64,000 nucleotides of DNA, taken from NCBI GenBank assembly GCA_017654855.1, contig CM030337.1, positions 1,240,001-1,304,000 on the forward strand. Direction: 5' to 3'. This DNA comes from Podospora anserina (Eukaryota). Below the pieces are notes generated by a model. The model saw only the letters and a list, made by a program, of their open reading frames with translations, was not told the DNA's origin and searched no databases. The position numbers were made by a program, and so were the translations under genes. Positions 1 through 11,706 of this stretch are shown here, piece after piece. Each line of letters starts with the position of its first letter. Position 1 is the first letter of the stretch.

Positions 1-595
1 TATTTTTGTGTGTTTTTTTACCATTTCACTACGCTGATAGCTATTTAAGCCTATATTTTACAAGCCTTAATAGCACTTTTTTCAATATAAATTAAAGATA
101 AAAAGCCTTTAAAAATGTTTTAAGGCACAGATTTTTAAATTATAGCTAATAAAGGTTTCGAACACAATATATTTCTCTTAGCTATAGCTTGAAGATTTAC
201 AATAAAAATAAATAAATAATAATTTTTACTACATATTATAAACTATAATAATAGTAAAAAACTTAATTTTAAATATATTTTGCAATTTTAAAGTTAAAGA
301 CATTCATTATAAATTATTAATCTTAGTTATTTTAATTAGTCATTTTCGTAAAATATATTATATATAAATTTAAATAATTATAATGATCATAAAGCAAGGT
401 TTTAATTATAAAAAACTATTATTAAATTTATAATTATTAAAATTAAATTCTATAAATTAATTAGATTATATTAATAAGTATGTTATGAATTATAATATTA
501 ATTAGTTGAAAAAAGCGAGAACTAATAAAATAGTAGTATCAAAAGTATTTAAATATCTTATAAAAGTTAAAAGTTCTTTTCTTTATAGCTTACTT
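1..595. repeat. AT-rich relic DNA consistent with RIP (edge of a transposon cluster or centromeric region)
   Basis: Extremely AT-rich and TpA-rich, with no ORFs and a sharp change in composition near 600. This fits RIP-mutated repeats in Sordariales; the original element is not identifiable. Confidence 0.75.
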
Positions 596-987
596 TGTGT
601 AATCCCGTTAGTCCCTATAGATCTCATAGCCTAGCGCCCCGTAATTTTACCTTATTTCTCAGGCCTTGAATTTAACAGGAACAGTTCATAAAACCACCTG
701 CGGTCCCGAGGTGCGCGCGTATCCCTGCTTGGGATTGTTCTTTCGTTATTGTTCTCGTCGACCTTGATTTCTCTGTACTATGCCCTAGGACCTAAAATCT
801 GCCGCTTGTCTGTCGCTCTCTTCCCACCTACTATAGTTTTGATTCATGTCTAGTTGAGACTGCCTCTTCACCTCGGCGATATCCCACCTAACCCCGGACT
901 TCCGGGCCTCGTCCCATCTTATCTTAGCTCGGGACAGGTCACGAAGCACCAGTTTACATAACACTAGCTCCAAATCACTTCCTCACA
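596..987. mobile_element. Probable solo LTR of a retrotransposon, partly RIP-mutated
   Basis: About 390-bp non-coding block bounded by TGTG (596) and CACA (987), with many TAG/TA motifs, next to the AT-rich block. No target-site duplication seen. Confidence 0.4.
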
Positions 988-1190
988 ACAAAAACCAATT
1001 CATGTCGTAATTCCTCCCGCGCCTAACGACAGTTTTATCTTTTTTTTTTTGGTTTGCGGGGCGGACAATTCTTTCTCCTTGCACCTTATGAACCACCATT
1101 CAACGGTTTCACATCACAAATTGGACCTTTGTTACATGGCGTTATAAGAGACTGTTTCGCGGCATCCCTGATATCAGAACGGGTACCTGG

Positions 1191-3094
1191 ATGAGCACTC
1201 ACAACATGGCGCGCGATGAGACAATAACCGATGTCGGCACCGACGCGACTGAGTCGACAAGATTGCTAAGGGACAGAGATGAAACCAGCACCAGCGAAAG
1301 ACGACAAGATGAAGGAGAGGCCTGGGTGGGTTACGCAGACTTTGAGGGTTTGCCTTGGTGGAGGAGACCGACAGTTTGGTTCCTCTTGGTACCATATGCG
1401 CTTTTTACCCTGGCATTTGGAGGGACGGTGGTGCCAAAGCTGAATTTGTATGACCTCCCCCCCTCAGTCAAACAGAGGGTGATTTTAGCTGATTATCGAT
1501 ACAGGATTCTCGAGCTGGTATGCAAACGCTACTTTGCCGACCGCTCCGCCCGCGACCCAGATTTCACCTTCACTCCGGTTGTTCCTGGCGAAGACAACGA
1601 CCAATGCTTCATTCCTGAAGTTCAGCGGTCTGTCGCAACCTTTATGATGGTTCTCAATGTTCTGACTGGATTACTCAGCGCCTTGACGGCGCCGAAGTTG
1701 GGGTCGTTGTCGGATCGTTATGGCAGGAAACTCATGCTGACGGTTTGCGCGCTGGGTGGGATCATGAATGAGATTATTACCATCCTGGCGGCCAAGTTCC
1801 CGGAAACGATTCATTACAACTGGCTGATCTTGGGCGCGTTGTTTGATGGGCTTACGGGGTCTTTTACGGCGGGGAGTGTGCTGATTCATTCGTACACGAG
1901 CGATTGCACACCCCCTTCGAAGCGCGGTGTGGCGATAGGGTACCTACACTCGTGCTTATTCATGGGGCTGGCGTTTGGACCGCTGTTAGCGGGGTATTTC
2001 GCTGAGTGGACGGGGTCGTTGTTATCGATCTTTTATGTGACGCTGGGATGTCATATATTCTGGGTGTTTTCCATGTTGTTTATCACACCGGAATCGCTGT
2101 CAAAGAAGAGGCAATTGCTGGCGAGGGAGAAGTACGAGATTGAAAAGGCCGCGAGACGGCCACCGACTGTTGCGACAAGGGTTGGGGTGTTTGGGATGAG
2201 GGCGATGCTTGGACAGCAGATCAATGGGGTTGTGTACATGATGAAGAACCAGAACCCGTTTGCGCCGCTCAAGATTCTGTTTCCCAAGGGAGCGCACAAT
2301 GCGAGGTTGAGGAGGAATTTCTTGATCCTGGCGTTTTTGGACATGGTGCTGCTCGGGGCTGCCATGAGTGGCGGGACGGTTATAATATTGTACACCGAGT
2401 ACATGTTTGGATGGCGCAACTTGGAGAGCTCGAGGTTTGTCTCGCTTGTGTCGATGGTCAGGGTTGTGGTTTTGCTCGGTATCTTCCCGGTTATCAACTA
2501 TGTGTTCCGGACGAGAAAGGCTGCTCGCTTGAGGCGGGAATCGACTGCGCCGATTGTGGAGAAGAATAACGGGGCGGACGAGTTCGATATCTGGATTTTG
2601 AGAAGCGCGATTCTGTCGGACGTGGTGGGAGTGATCGGGTATGTTGTTGTCCGGGATCCAGCGATATTTGTTGGATGCGCCATCATCACGGCGTTTGGTG
2701 GCCTCGGTTCAGCTACTATTCAAGCTGCACTCAGTAAACATGTGCCCGCTGAGCGTGTTGGTCAGCTTCTTGGAGGCATAGGATTGCTTCATTCATTGGC
2801 GAGAATTGGTGCGCCGGTTCTGTTTAACGGGATTTATGCCGCAACGGTGTCGTCGTATCCGCAGGCGTTCTTTGTGGTGCTGGCTGGGCTGTTCAGTGCT
2901 ACGTTTATCGCATCGCTTATGCTGAAACCTGGAGGTAAGTTTCCTGACTGAATGATGTGAGAGCTAATAGACTTGGGTGCTGACATTTTACAGTGTACAT
3001 GACCGAGGATGATGCTGAGCCAGTCGAGATTGTGGCTACCCCTGGTGAGCGGGATGCGCTGGAGGATGATGAGCTCCTTCCGAGAGTCTCTTGA
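1191..3094 (+). CDS. MFS transporter (tetracycline-efflux/SLC46-like)
   Basis: MFS motif A (GSLSDRYGRK) and many hydrophobic helices. Introns at 1448-1504 (57 nt, in frame) and 2935-2993; the last exon ends ...ELLPRVS* at 3094. Confidence 0.9.
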
Positions 3095-3543
3095 TTGTGA
3101 TGTAGCTTTCACATGTCAATATGGATCTGGAATATGGGTGGGATTTTGTCTGCATTGCATTGGTTGTTGGGAGGTTGATCACTCGAAGTTATTAGACAGA
3201 GTCAGGTGTAGATGTGCATAACTTGAGGACATTGCATAAATTCATGAACTGAACGAATGCATTCTTTTGCACTCCAATTACCCACCCGACCGTTTCAAAG
3301 ATTGAGATACTTGCTTTTATGCTGAATGCCAATTGCCACATCAACATTGAGGTCGGATGTGACCTGCGCGGGGACCCTTTTTGTGAGTGGCTGTGGCAAC
3401 CGTTCGTTTGACTGATGTAGGCCGAGCTTCTTCCGCTATAAGCCCGCTAAATCCCACTTTCACTCTCATCAACAACACTCAGCTTCAAACGACAGTCAAT
3501 AACACCACAGATCGGCAAGCTATTCCCAAGTAAGCCAGCCACC

Positions 3544-4465
3544 ATGCTCTCCTCACGAGCATCAAAGCTGAAGCCTTTTCCCGGTGTATATTCTCACCGT
3601 TCTTTATCCCCAGGAACATTCCCGCAACAGCAGCAGCGGCGTTTGCTTCACCAAAAACGACCTACCCCACCACCACCACCACCACCACCACCACAACTTG
3701 GACAACCACAACGACGACCAACTCTCACCACTTTTCCAATCCCACCACCCTCCCTCTCAAGAAAAATCCCCTCCCTCAAAATGTCCACCACCCCCTCAAA
3801 ATCCTCCCCCCCTCCCACCAACATAACCTTCGGACCCTATCCCATCCCCCATTCTCAAATCTTCCTCCTCACCCCCCTCACCTTTGCCCTCGTCAACCTA
3901 AAGCCTCTTTTGCCAGGCCACGTCTTGGTGTGCCCTATCCACCCACACAAACGCCTCACCTCTTTGTCTCAGGAAGAACTCCTCGACCTGTGGTCCACCG
4001 TCCAAAAAGTCCAGGTCATGCTCGCTAGGCATTACTTCCCTTCCCCTGGCGCCCCGGAGCAAGGGAGTTTTAACATTGCTGTTCAGGACGGGCAGGAGGC
4101 AGGGCAGACGGTGCCGCATGTGCATGTGCACGTTATTCCGAGGATCAGAGGTGTGACGGAGAAGGGGGGGGATGGGGCGGGGGATGAACTTTATGAGAGG
4201 ATGGCTGGGGAGGAGGGGAATGTAGGGGGCGCGTTGTGGGATAAGGAGAATGGCTGTGGGGTGGAGAGGCCGGTGGGGAGGGGAAAGTTCGATCGGATTG
4301 AGGATGCGGAGAGGATGGCGAGGGAGGCGGGGGATATGCAGAGTGAGGCGGAGGTGTATAAGCGGGTGTTGGAGGAGATGGAGAGGGATGAGGTTAGAGA
4401 TTATGGGATAGAGAATGAAAAAGGGGAAAAGATGGCTGACGATGTGGTAGCAGGTGAAGAAGTAA
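3544..4465 (+). CDS. HNT2: Fhit-branch HIT hydrolase, bis(5'-adenosyl)-triphosphatase (spliced form)
   Basis: VNLKPLLPGHVLV and QDGQEAGQTVPHVHVHVIPR motifs. Predicted intron 4393-4450 (GTTAGA, GCTGAC, TAG) gives the end ...ERDEQVKK*. Alternative start ATG at 3781. The unspliced ORF runs to 5298. Confidence 0.8.
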
Positions 4466-5571
4466 AGTCACGGCAGCGGGGGGTGATGGGGTTTGGAGAG
4501 TATTTGATCTTGGAAATCAAAAAGAATCTCGGGTTGGTCAAGCAAGAGGTGGAGACGTTGAATAAAGGGTTGGATGATGGCTATGTTCGCAAGCCGATGA
4601 GTGAATTTGCTGGATGGTATGGTTGGTTGTCGAGGAAGGGGGAAGCGGCAATTGAGGATGAGGAACCACCAGACGTTGGAAAGCTATTCGAGGGTGATAA
4701 AAGAGCGATGAAGGCTTTGGACCGGTTTGATGGTTTTGACGACGACAGGGGACCAGGTGGTTGGGAGGACTATCAAGTGGACTACGAGTTTATGGCGCTG
4801 TATGATCAGAAATATGACCAGTGGAAGGGCAAGAGGAGGAAGCAGAGGCGGGAGGCGAGGAAACGGCGGGCGGCTGGGTGGGAAACATTCATTTCAAGCA
4901 AGCCTGCACACGAGCCTTTCTTCGACGAAGACGAGAACTTTTCCCTTGGGCATGGCTCGGACGTTGGCGGAGCGGGCAAAGCCAAGACTGTCCTGATCAG
5001 GATTTTGAACGAGAAGAGAGGTGTGTCTGCGAATTGGCACGTCAACTTTGAAGCCTTGACGGTCGATGAGGACGTTCAGAGGAGGTTTTTGATCGGGATT
5101 GCGAGGGCCGAGAGGCAGCGCAAGCTTGCTTTTGTGAGATTTCCCATCAAGGGTGATGATCTAGGGGGATGGCTGGCGGCCAAGGGGGTCAACGGGGGGA
5201 AAGGTGGGAAAAATAGCAAAGTAGTCCAGGATCGGGAACAAACCAAGGGAGGTAAAGGTGGCAAAGGGAAGGAGGGAAAGAAGGCAAAGGCGAAATAATT
5301 GTTTGATAGATGTCAACTGAATCGAAAAGGCTAGAGATGTTCACACGCTTATTCAATCGCTTTAACCAAAGCAACTATCACGCAATAAATGCCATGCCTA
5401 ACTCTTCCAAGCAACAAATCAATCCGATTCGCAACAAGGGAAAACGTATATAAACTACCTAGGTAACCAACCTGAAGCCAATTTGTACACTGCCCGCCAA
5501 ATATATCCCAAAAGAGTATCCGAAATAAGTCAGCAATGCTCCCATCCCAATGATAACCCATTGCAACAAAT

Positions 5572-8298
5572 CTAATCCAACCCAGGAAGATGATCCAACG
5601 TCCCCATCGACCCCAAATTATCAAAACCACCGGTATCCATCTCATTACCTCCCCTGCCACCACCATTCAACCCCCTAAACATAAAAAGCGATGATGGATC
5701 ACCATTGCTCGGCCCTTGGTTCGTTTGTTGCGGTCCGCCACCGTTCGGCGACATGCCCCATGTCTCAAAATTCTGCTGCCAGTTCACGCCATCCTTGATG
5801 TACCAATCCTGCCCGTCAATCACATACCCCGAATTCGAGCTGATATGTCTCCTTGGGTTAGGGTTGAACGGCGAGGGGTTGTACGAAGGCATCGGCGGTT
5901 GTGGTGGTTGCGACACGGTCGACCAGGCGTTCATTGCCGATAGGGGATCAGCTACCGACATGGCCATCGGGGAAGTGGCGGCCGTGGTGCTAGCTGTGTG
6001 CGATTGTGATTGTGGAAGTTGGAGCCCAGCCACGCTGAAGTTGGCGAGAATATCCGGGGACATGCTGGCTGCTGGGAGGCGGCTTTCAAAGGTCATTTGT
6101 TGGTGTTGATGACTCGATGGGTACAAATATGGGTTTGGTGGACTGTGTTCGGCTTTGCTGTTTGGTGAAGCGGGCAGGGATTGTGGTGACTGCGCCGAGT
6201 AGTGTGATGATTTGTTTGGTGACGGGACGTCCGAAGTGCTAAACGTGCCATACTTCTCGTCGGTGCGGTTGAGCACCAAAGAGGCTTCTTCGGGGAGCTC
6301 GACATTCCATTTCCGCGCAAGAACGCTGAGAATAGACAGTGTTCTGCGAGCGCACAGCCAATCCTCAGCAATTTCTTCCAGGTGTTTGATGCCGTGGATA
6401 ATGTCTCTCTTGGCTGTCTTTTCAGGTAGGTTGAGCATGTGAATTGTGCAGGCTGAGTGCACCATATATACGGCGATATTGCAGATCTGTCGTAGGTTAT
6501 ACATCTTTTTGTAGAGGCGCATCAGTTTGGAGATGGCGCCAGCGTTGGAAGTACATATCCTCCTGGGCGAGACATGTGATGGTAATGGTGATGACGACGG
6601 AGTGTATTTGAGGAATGGTCGGAACAGGTGGATGTACTGCAGGTGATAGAACATGCTGCTCAAGGTTAGCCACAACACATCAAGGAAAAAAAAAATCAAC
6701 GAGGCATACTGCATCAGGATGACGTTCGGCAATTGCCCTTCCTTAGGCTCAAACTCCTTTGGCAACTCTGCTTTCCAATCCTCTAGTCGCCTGTGCAGCT
6801 CGCTGAGCTTCTTAAGCTCAACGTATTTCCCACTAGAGCGTCCTATATGGTTAGGGTGGTAAAAGAAGAGCAGCAGATCGCTGCTAATCTCGCAAAGCTT
6901 CGATAGCTGTAAACCAGTGGCCCTTGTTCGGGCAGGCTGCTTTGAAGACTGGTCAAAGCCGGTATCTGTGTATGGCGACCACATCATGGCGTCTTCGTCT
7001 GGAAATACATCGTACTTTGGTACATTGTATGAGTTCTTTGGAAGTTGAGGTAGCCGGCCGAGGTAGTTTGACCAGCACTTGTCGAATAGGAAACACCCCC
7101 AAAATGTGATCCTTCGGGCATCCACCTCCTTTTCATCCAACGAGTCCTTGTCCTTGGAGATACCGCCAATGTCTAGGTTGAGACCAATGTCCTGAGCCAT
7201 CCGGAAACTCATACCGCTGTATACCCAGCCCTTAGCCTCCCGACCACATCCCGCTTCTCGAACAGACATGAGCGCCAATGCCTGCACAGTGGTGAGTTTT
7301 GGCTTTTCGTACTCGTCATTCTCCACGATAAGCCTCTTTGCCTCGGCGAAAAAATGGTCCCCCTTCGTTCTACTGTCGCCGGATATCGCAAAAGCGCCCG
7401 GTACACTTGTGAAGTGGCATCCAAGAGATAACATCGCATTGACCAGCAGTGACGAACAATACACCGTGGTTCGTGGCTGGCCTCGTGGTTTCCCCTTGAA
7501 GAAGTCTCGGTAAAAGAGGTCCTTCGACAGCGTCGTGAAATAGGGGTAGTGCCAGTTGAAGTACATGTTGATGAGGTGAACGATCAGTTGTGTGTCCTTG
7601 GTCACTTCGGTCCAGCTAGTCACTGGATCTTCGCCCGACAGGTAGCTCTCGGATTCTGGTTCGTCAGGTACGTTGGCGGTTTCGCCGAGATAGATCAGAT
7701 GAGATGTCCCGCCGATGAATCGAACCGAACCATTCTCCAGCCTCAACTCTCCCATCTTGCGCGCCAATTCCCTCTCGCCTTCGACGGGTAGGTTTGCCGA
7801 ATAGTCGTCGTCCAATCGGCCAAAGTCCTCCTCCTCATCTGCTTCGTTAGAGATGTCATTTTTGAGAATGGACTCGGCGACGTTATCCAGGCTGTCACAA
7901 GTACGAATCTTTTTCACAATAGCCGGTACGTCCTCTTCGGCGGCGTTGAGGATGGCCTCAATCAAAATCTGGAGAGTCGAGTTCCTGGCCTTCATGCTGT
8001 CCGTCTTCTCACGGTAGACGCCCTTGCGGCGATGGTCCGAATTGGGATCATAGACACATTCGGTGCCGTAGACGCTGGCACATGCCGCGCAGCTCGGTAG
8101 AGCACCATCGCATTTTGATTTCCTCTTGCGACAGGCAATACAAGCAGTGCTGACACACCTTCGTTTCTGGTTGGCGGGATCGGCGGCGCGCCTGGATTTC
8201 TTCTTGGATGGTGGTGGCGGGTCGGCGCTCCCTCCCGCAAAAGCATCCAGATCTCCGTGTTCAAACGAGGCGGCGACGGCGACGTCAGTTCCCTCCAT
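5572..8298 (-). CDS. Zn(II)2Cys6 transcription factor with Fungal_trans domain (NirA/NIT4-like family)
   Basis: Zinc cluster ACIACRKRKSKCDGALPSCAACASVYGTEC; middle-homology region (GMSFRMAQDIGLN, RRITFWGCFLFD). In-frame intron 6656-6709; first ATG at 8298. Confidence 0.9.
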   Translation of the reverse strand: MEGTDVAVAASFEHGDLDAFAGGSADPPPPSKKKSRRAADPANQKRRCVSTACIACRKRKSKCDGALPSCAACASVYGTECVYDPNSDHRRKGVYREKTDSMKARNSTLQILIEAILNAAEEDVPAIVKKIRTCDSLDNVAESILKNDISNEADEEEDFGRLDDDYSANLPVEGERELARKMGELRLENGSVRFIGGTSHLIYLGETANVPDEPESESYLSGEDPVTSWTEVTKDTQLIVHLINMYFNWHYPYFTTLSKDLFYRDFFKGKPRGQPRTTVYCSSLLVNAMLSLGCHFTSVPGAFAISGDSRTKGDHFFAEAKRLIVENDEYEKPKLTTVQALALMSVREAGCGREAKGWVYSGMSFRMAQDIGLNLDIGGISKDKDSLDEKEVDARRITFWGCFLFDKCWSNYLGRLPQLPKNSYNVPKYDVFPDEDAMMWSPYTDTGFDQSSKQPARTRATGLQLSKLCEISSDLLLFFYHPNHIGRSSGKYVELKKLSELHRRLEDWKAELPKEFEPKEGQLPNVILMQYASLIFFFLDVLWLTLSSMFYHLQYIHLFRPFLKYTPSSSPLPSHVSPRRICTSNAGAISKLMRLYKKMYNLRQICNIAVYMVHSACTIHMLNLPEKTAKRDIIHGIKHLEEIAEDWLCARRTLSILSVLARKWNVELPEEASLVLNRTDEKYGTFSTSDVPSPNKSSHYSAQSPQSLPASPNSKAEHSPPNPYLYPSSHQHQQMTFESRLPAASMSPDILANFSVAGLQLPQSQSHTASTTAATSPMAMSVADPLSAMNAWSTVSQPPQPPMPSYNPSPFNPNPRRHISSNSGYVIDGQDWYIKDGVNWQQNFETWGMSPNGGGPQQTNQGPSNGDPSSLFMFRGLNGGGRGGNEMDTGGFDNLGSMGTLDHLPGLD

Positions 8299-9675
8299 CT
8301 TCCGGGTCGGCGGCGGCGGCGGGACAAGCGGTGGATCCCGATCACTTGTATGATTGCGGTGCTTGACTTGCGGGTGCCCCGCGATGGCCGGGACGGTGGG
8401 GAAAATCGGAGCGCGGTGTGTCAGAGATGAACCCGACAATTCTGCGAGTGAGTGCCGAGTGATTTGAAAGCACCAGGCCACCCGCTGCCGCTGCGGGGAA
8501 AGGTAAGGGGGCGTTCCGAGCTAGAGACGCGGGGGTCACCCAACTTTTTTTTTTCACGGCCCACTCTGGAGGTTGAAGCTCCAGCTCAAGATTCGGCTTT
8601 TCAACGCTCACCTCTCACCCGCTGGGTCGTAATGTCAGGAGAGGAATATCTGGGTTTGAACAGCCGGAAAACAGCAACGGCAGGGTGTTAGTCACGGCCA
8701 GTCATGTGGTGGGTGGTCAGGAGACGCCCGTTGTTGTGTAAGCCTCGTCTTGGGCCACGGGTGGGATGCGGCAATAGCTAGCGTTGACACTGGTTGACGG
8801 CAAGGCTACCGGCAAAACGTTGTTTGGGATTCCTGAATGATGGCAGGAAAAGTGGAGGAATTCAGAGACAGAAAGGAATGGCGAGAATTGAGGGAAGCAT
8901 GAGCATATCAAAGACGCACGCGACGAAATAAACGAGCGAGGTTGTCTGATAGGCCAACGCAGTCTATTGGCATGGGTGGCAACCGTCTGCTGGTCGACCT
9001 TATTCAAGACCGAGAGAATCATAGCTGCTGGACATTGAGAAAGCAAGATCCGACTGCAGCATGCGGTGTTTGGTCGAGATAAGTTACCGCTGCTGGCCAG
9101 ATCGCCGCAAGATAAGGCTGTTTCGTGATGGGTGGTCGAGGTGAGCTGCCATTCGGTCTGGGACGACCCGAAAGGTGGGATGGTGTTCCCGTTCCCTACG
9201 AGGTGTGAACAGCGAGCGAGACATTAAAAGACCCTTGGAGGCCGGGTTTTCAGCCGGGTTATCCGTCCAGCGTGGCCCTGGCTAAATTTCCTTACCTAAC
9301 AGAATCGCGCTGAGCAGGTTTGGTAAACAAGTCAGTCTGGTTTTGAAGTTTACTGACAGCTTCCACCAGGTCTCATGGCCTAATGGCATTCTGCTCAAGA
9401 TGATCATAATGATATGGGCTTGATAAGATGCCTGGCTCGGCAGTTCAAGTTGATTCGCTACCTGGTCCCGGGAATGCCAAGAGCGAAGGATCACCACCAA
9501 GAAAGGCTTGGCTTGCGGGTCTAGACCAGAGTGTGGGGGTACCCCCGGATTCTGAATACGGGTTATCTATTGGTTGCCCGGATAGCTGCATAATATGTCG
9601 ACGACGGCGTCCATGGTGAAGCCTTCAATTTACACTCTTTTATGAAGACATTATTTCGAACCTGCAGCCTGTGCT

Positions 9676-11706
9676 CTAAGACTTGCCTGCGGGTGCTAGT
9701 AACAAAAACCTCTCCGGCTTCGGAATTGTGCTCAACTTCTTCATGTCGGTCTCATCCACCTGGATCCCCTTCTCCCTAGCCAAGTCAATGACGGCCCAAA
9801 TTCTGGAATCCTTCTCCCAGTAGCACCGATCCAGCAACGCCATCAGCGTGTCGTCCGTGGGGTACTTGGCGACTCTTTGGACCAAATGCTCCCCCATATC
9901 CCACAACCGCGCAAACGCCAGGTCAAGGTCCCCTTCCCTGTCAGCCGCAAGATTGCGCACCGTATCATTAAGGGCCACCAACGGCTTCCCCACCGTCATC
10001 GTTGGGCCGATCCGCGGATAGGCCCGAGCAATCAGGTTCCAATCCTCCGCCGTCTTGGCCTGTCTACACAGGTATCCCAGCCCCCAATCACTCCCCTCCA
10101 TAAGCGGCTGCACCCTCTCAAGCGCGTCCACCAACGCCCCCATATCCCCCTGCAAGCCCACAAACTCCAACAGCGCCACCGGCCCCGAAGCTGGCACCTT
10201 CCTCCCCTTCTCCTTCAACTCTCCCAAAATTTCAAACACCCTATTCGCCATCTCCGGCTCCCTCACCAACAACCTCAGTATACTCCTCGACTCCTCCTTC
10301 AACCCGGGGTACGACTCGGCCTTGATGCTCGCCACCTCCAACGCCTCCTCCAACTTCCCCTGATCAGCATAGCAATCCACCAACGCCTCATAATGCAACC
10401 CCGTCATCTTGATCCCCCTCCCAGCCAACTCCTTAAACGCGCCCGTTGCCAGCTCCTCATCACAATGCCTTGCCCCGGTGTTCAGAGTATTATTCAACAT
10501 CCCATCACTCGGCACCACAAGCCCATTCTCCACCAGCTTCCCCCAGAGGTATTTCGTCCCCTCGAGATAACTCTCCCTCGAACACTCCTCCAACATATAA
10601 TACCACACCTCCATCGGCACCCCGTCCAACCTCCCTTCTTCCCCCCTCCCTTCCTCCCTCCCAGTCTCCAACCCAACCCTCATCATCAAAACCTGAAACG
10701 CCTCCTCCGTATACCCCCTCTTTCCCAGTACATGAACCACAGTATCCCACCCCGTCCCACTCATCCACCTCCTTTCCCCCTCCTCTTCCCACCCCACCAC
10801 CTCCTCCAACGCCTCCAACACCAGCTCCTCCTGCCTCTCCCTCAGTAACCCTAAAATAACATCCTCCCTCACCTCCTTGATCAACTCCTCCCCGTAAACA
10901 ACCCCTATCCGTCTCAATATCAAGTTCCTAAGCGTGTAATCAGGGTGAATAGCCAGCAATTTAATCGCCGCCCTCCAAAACTCCTTGCTAGGGGCAATAC
11001 TGGCTTTGTCCATCTCCTTGAGGATGTCCTCGAGCTCCCAGGCTGAACCCCGTTCTGGATCCCAGTTTGCAACAACCAACGCCCGGTAGAGGAGTTCATT
11101 CGGGGGTTGGTGACGGTCCGTGACGAGGTAGTGGACTAGTGATCTGATTTTGAGACCCGTGAAGCGTTTGGAGTGTTTGGAGTGGGAAGTCAACAGGCGG
11201 CTGAGGGTGAGGAGGAGGGTGGGGGTTGACAAGGAGGCGAGGAGAGATGGGGGGATGGTGTTGTCGGGGAGGGTGAGGATGTCAAGGGAGGGGGTGGTGG
11301 TTGCTGGGGTTTCTGGTTGGTCGGTAGTGGCTGTTGTTGTTGTTGTAGTAGTAGTAGTAGTAGTTGGTAAAGATGAGACCTCATGCTGATATTGCTCCTT
11401 CAGCAGCTTCCGGTTGGCTTTCTCATGTTGCCATAACCTCTGATTTTTCCTTGATCGAGTCTTTTTCGATCTTTGGGCGAGCTGAGAACCATCGTCAATA
11501 ACAGGTTGTTGCTGTTGTGATAGCGTCAAGTTTGAAGTAAGCAGTCCATTGCTGGAACCATCTTCTTCATGAGCAGCAGCCGCAGTAGAAGTGAGCCTGC
11601 GCGGTACTAACGGCCTCAGCCTCGACGTCTTTTGAAAAAGTGCCGCATCGATTGACGGGCAGAGACACCTCCAAAGGCCATCGACCACTTGGCGGGGAGC
11701 TGCCAT
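9676..11706 (-). CDS. Pentatricopeptide-repeat protein, probably mitochondrial
   Basis: 676-aa single-exon ORF with an N-terminal presequence-like region (VDGLWRCLCPS) and PPR-like helical repeats (HYEALVDCYADQGKLEEALEV). Confidence 0.8.
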   Translation of the reverse strand: MAAPRQVVDGLWRCLCPSIDAALFQKTSRLRPLVPRRLTSTAAAAHEEDGSSNGLLTSNLTLSQQQQPVIDDGSQLAQRSKKTRSRKNQRLWQHEKANRKLLKEQYQHEVSSLPTTTTTTTTTTTATTDQPETPATTTPSLDILTLPDNTIPPSLLASLSTPTLLLTLSRLLTSHSKHSKRFTGLKIRSLVHYLVTDRHQPPNELLYRALVVANWDPERGSAWELEDILKEMDKASIAPSKEFWRAAIKLLAIHPDYTLRNLILRRIGVVYGEELIKEVREDVILGLLRERQEELVLEALEEVVGWEEEGERRWMSGTGWDTVVHVLGKRGYTEEAFQVLMMRVGLETGREEGRGEEGRLDGVPMEVWYYMLEECSRESYLEGTKYLWGKLVENGLVVPSDGMLNNTLNTGARHCDEELATGAFKELAGRGIKMTGLHYEALVDCYADQGKLEEALEVASIKAESYPGLKEESRSILRLLVREPEMANRVFEILGELKEKGRKVPASGPVALLEFVGLQGDMGALVDALERVQPLMEGSDWGLGYLCRQAKTAEDWNLIARAYPRIGPTMTVGKPLVALNDTVRNLAADREGDLDLAFARLWDMGEHLVQRVAKYPTDDTLMALLDRCYWEKDSRIWAVIDLAREKGIQVDETDMKKLSTIPKPERFLLLAPAGKS

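Noticed and set aside
8299-8481. In-frame upstream extension of the Zn2Cys6 ORF from a GTG
   Set aside because: GC-rich leader with no supporting evidence for non-AUG initiation; ATG 8298 is adequate.
9877-10848. 323-aa plus-strand ORF, and similar long ORFs at 14142-14771, 29723-30733, 57986-58849 and 60191-61183
   Set aside because: Each is largely antisense to a well-supported gene, has biased composition and no domain motif. These are shadows of codon bias.
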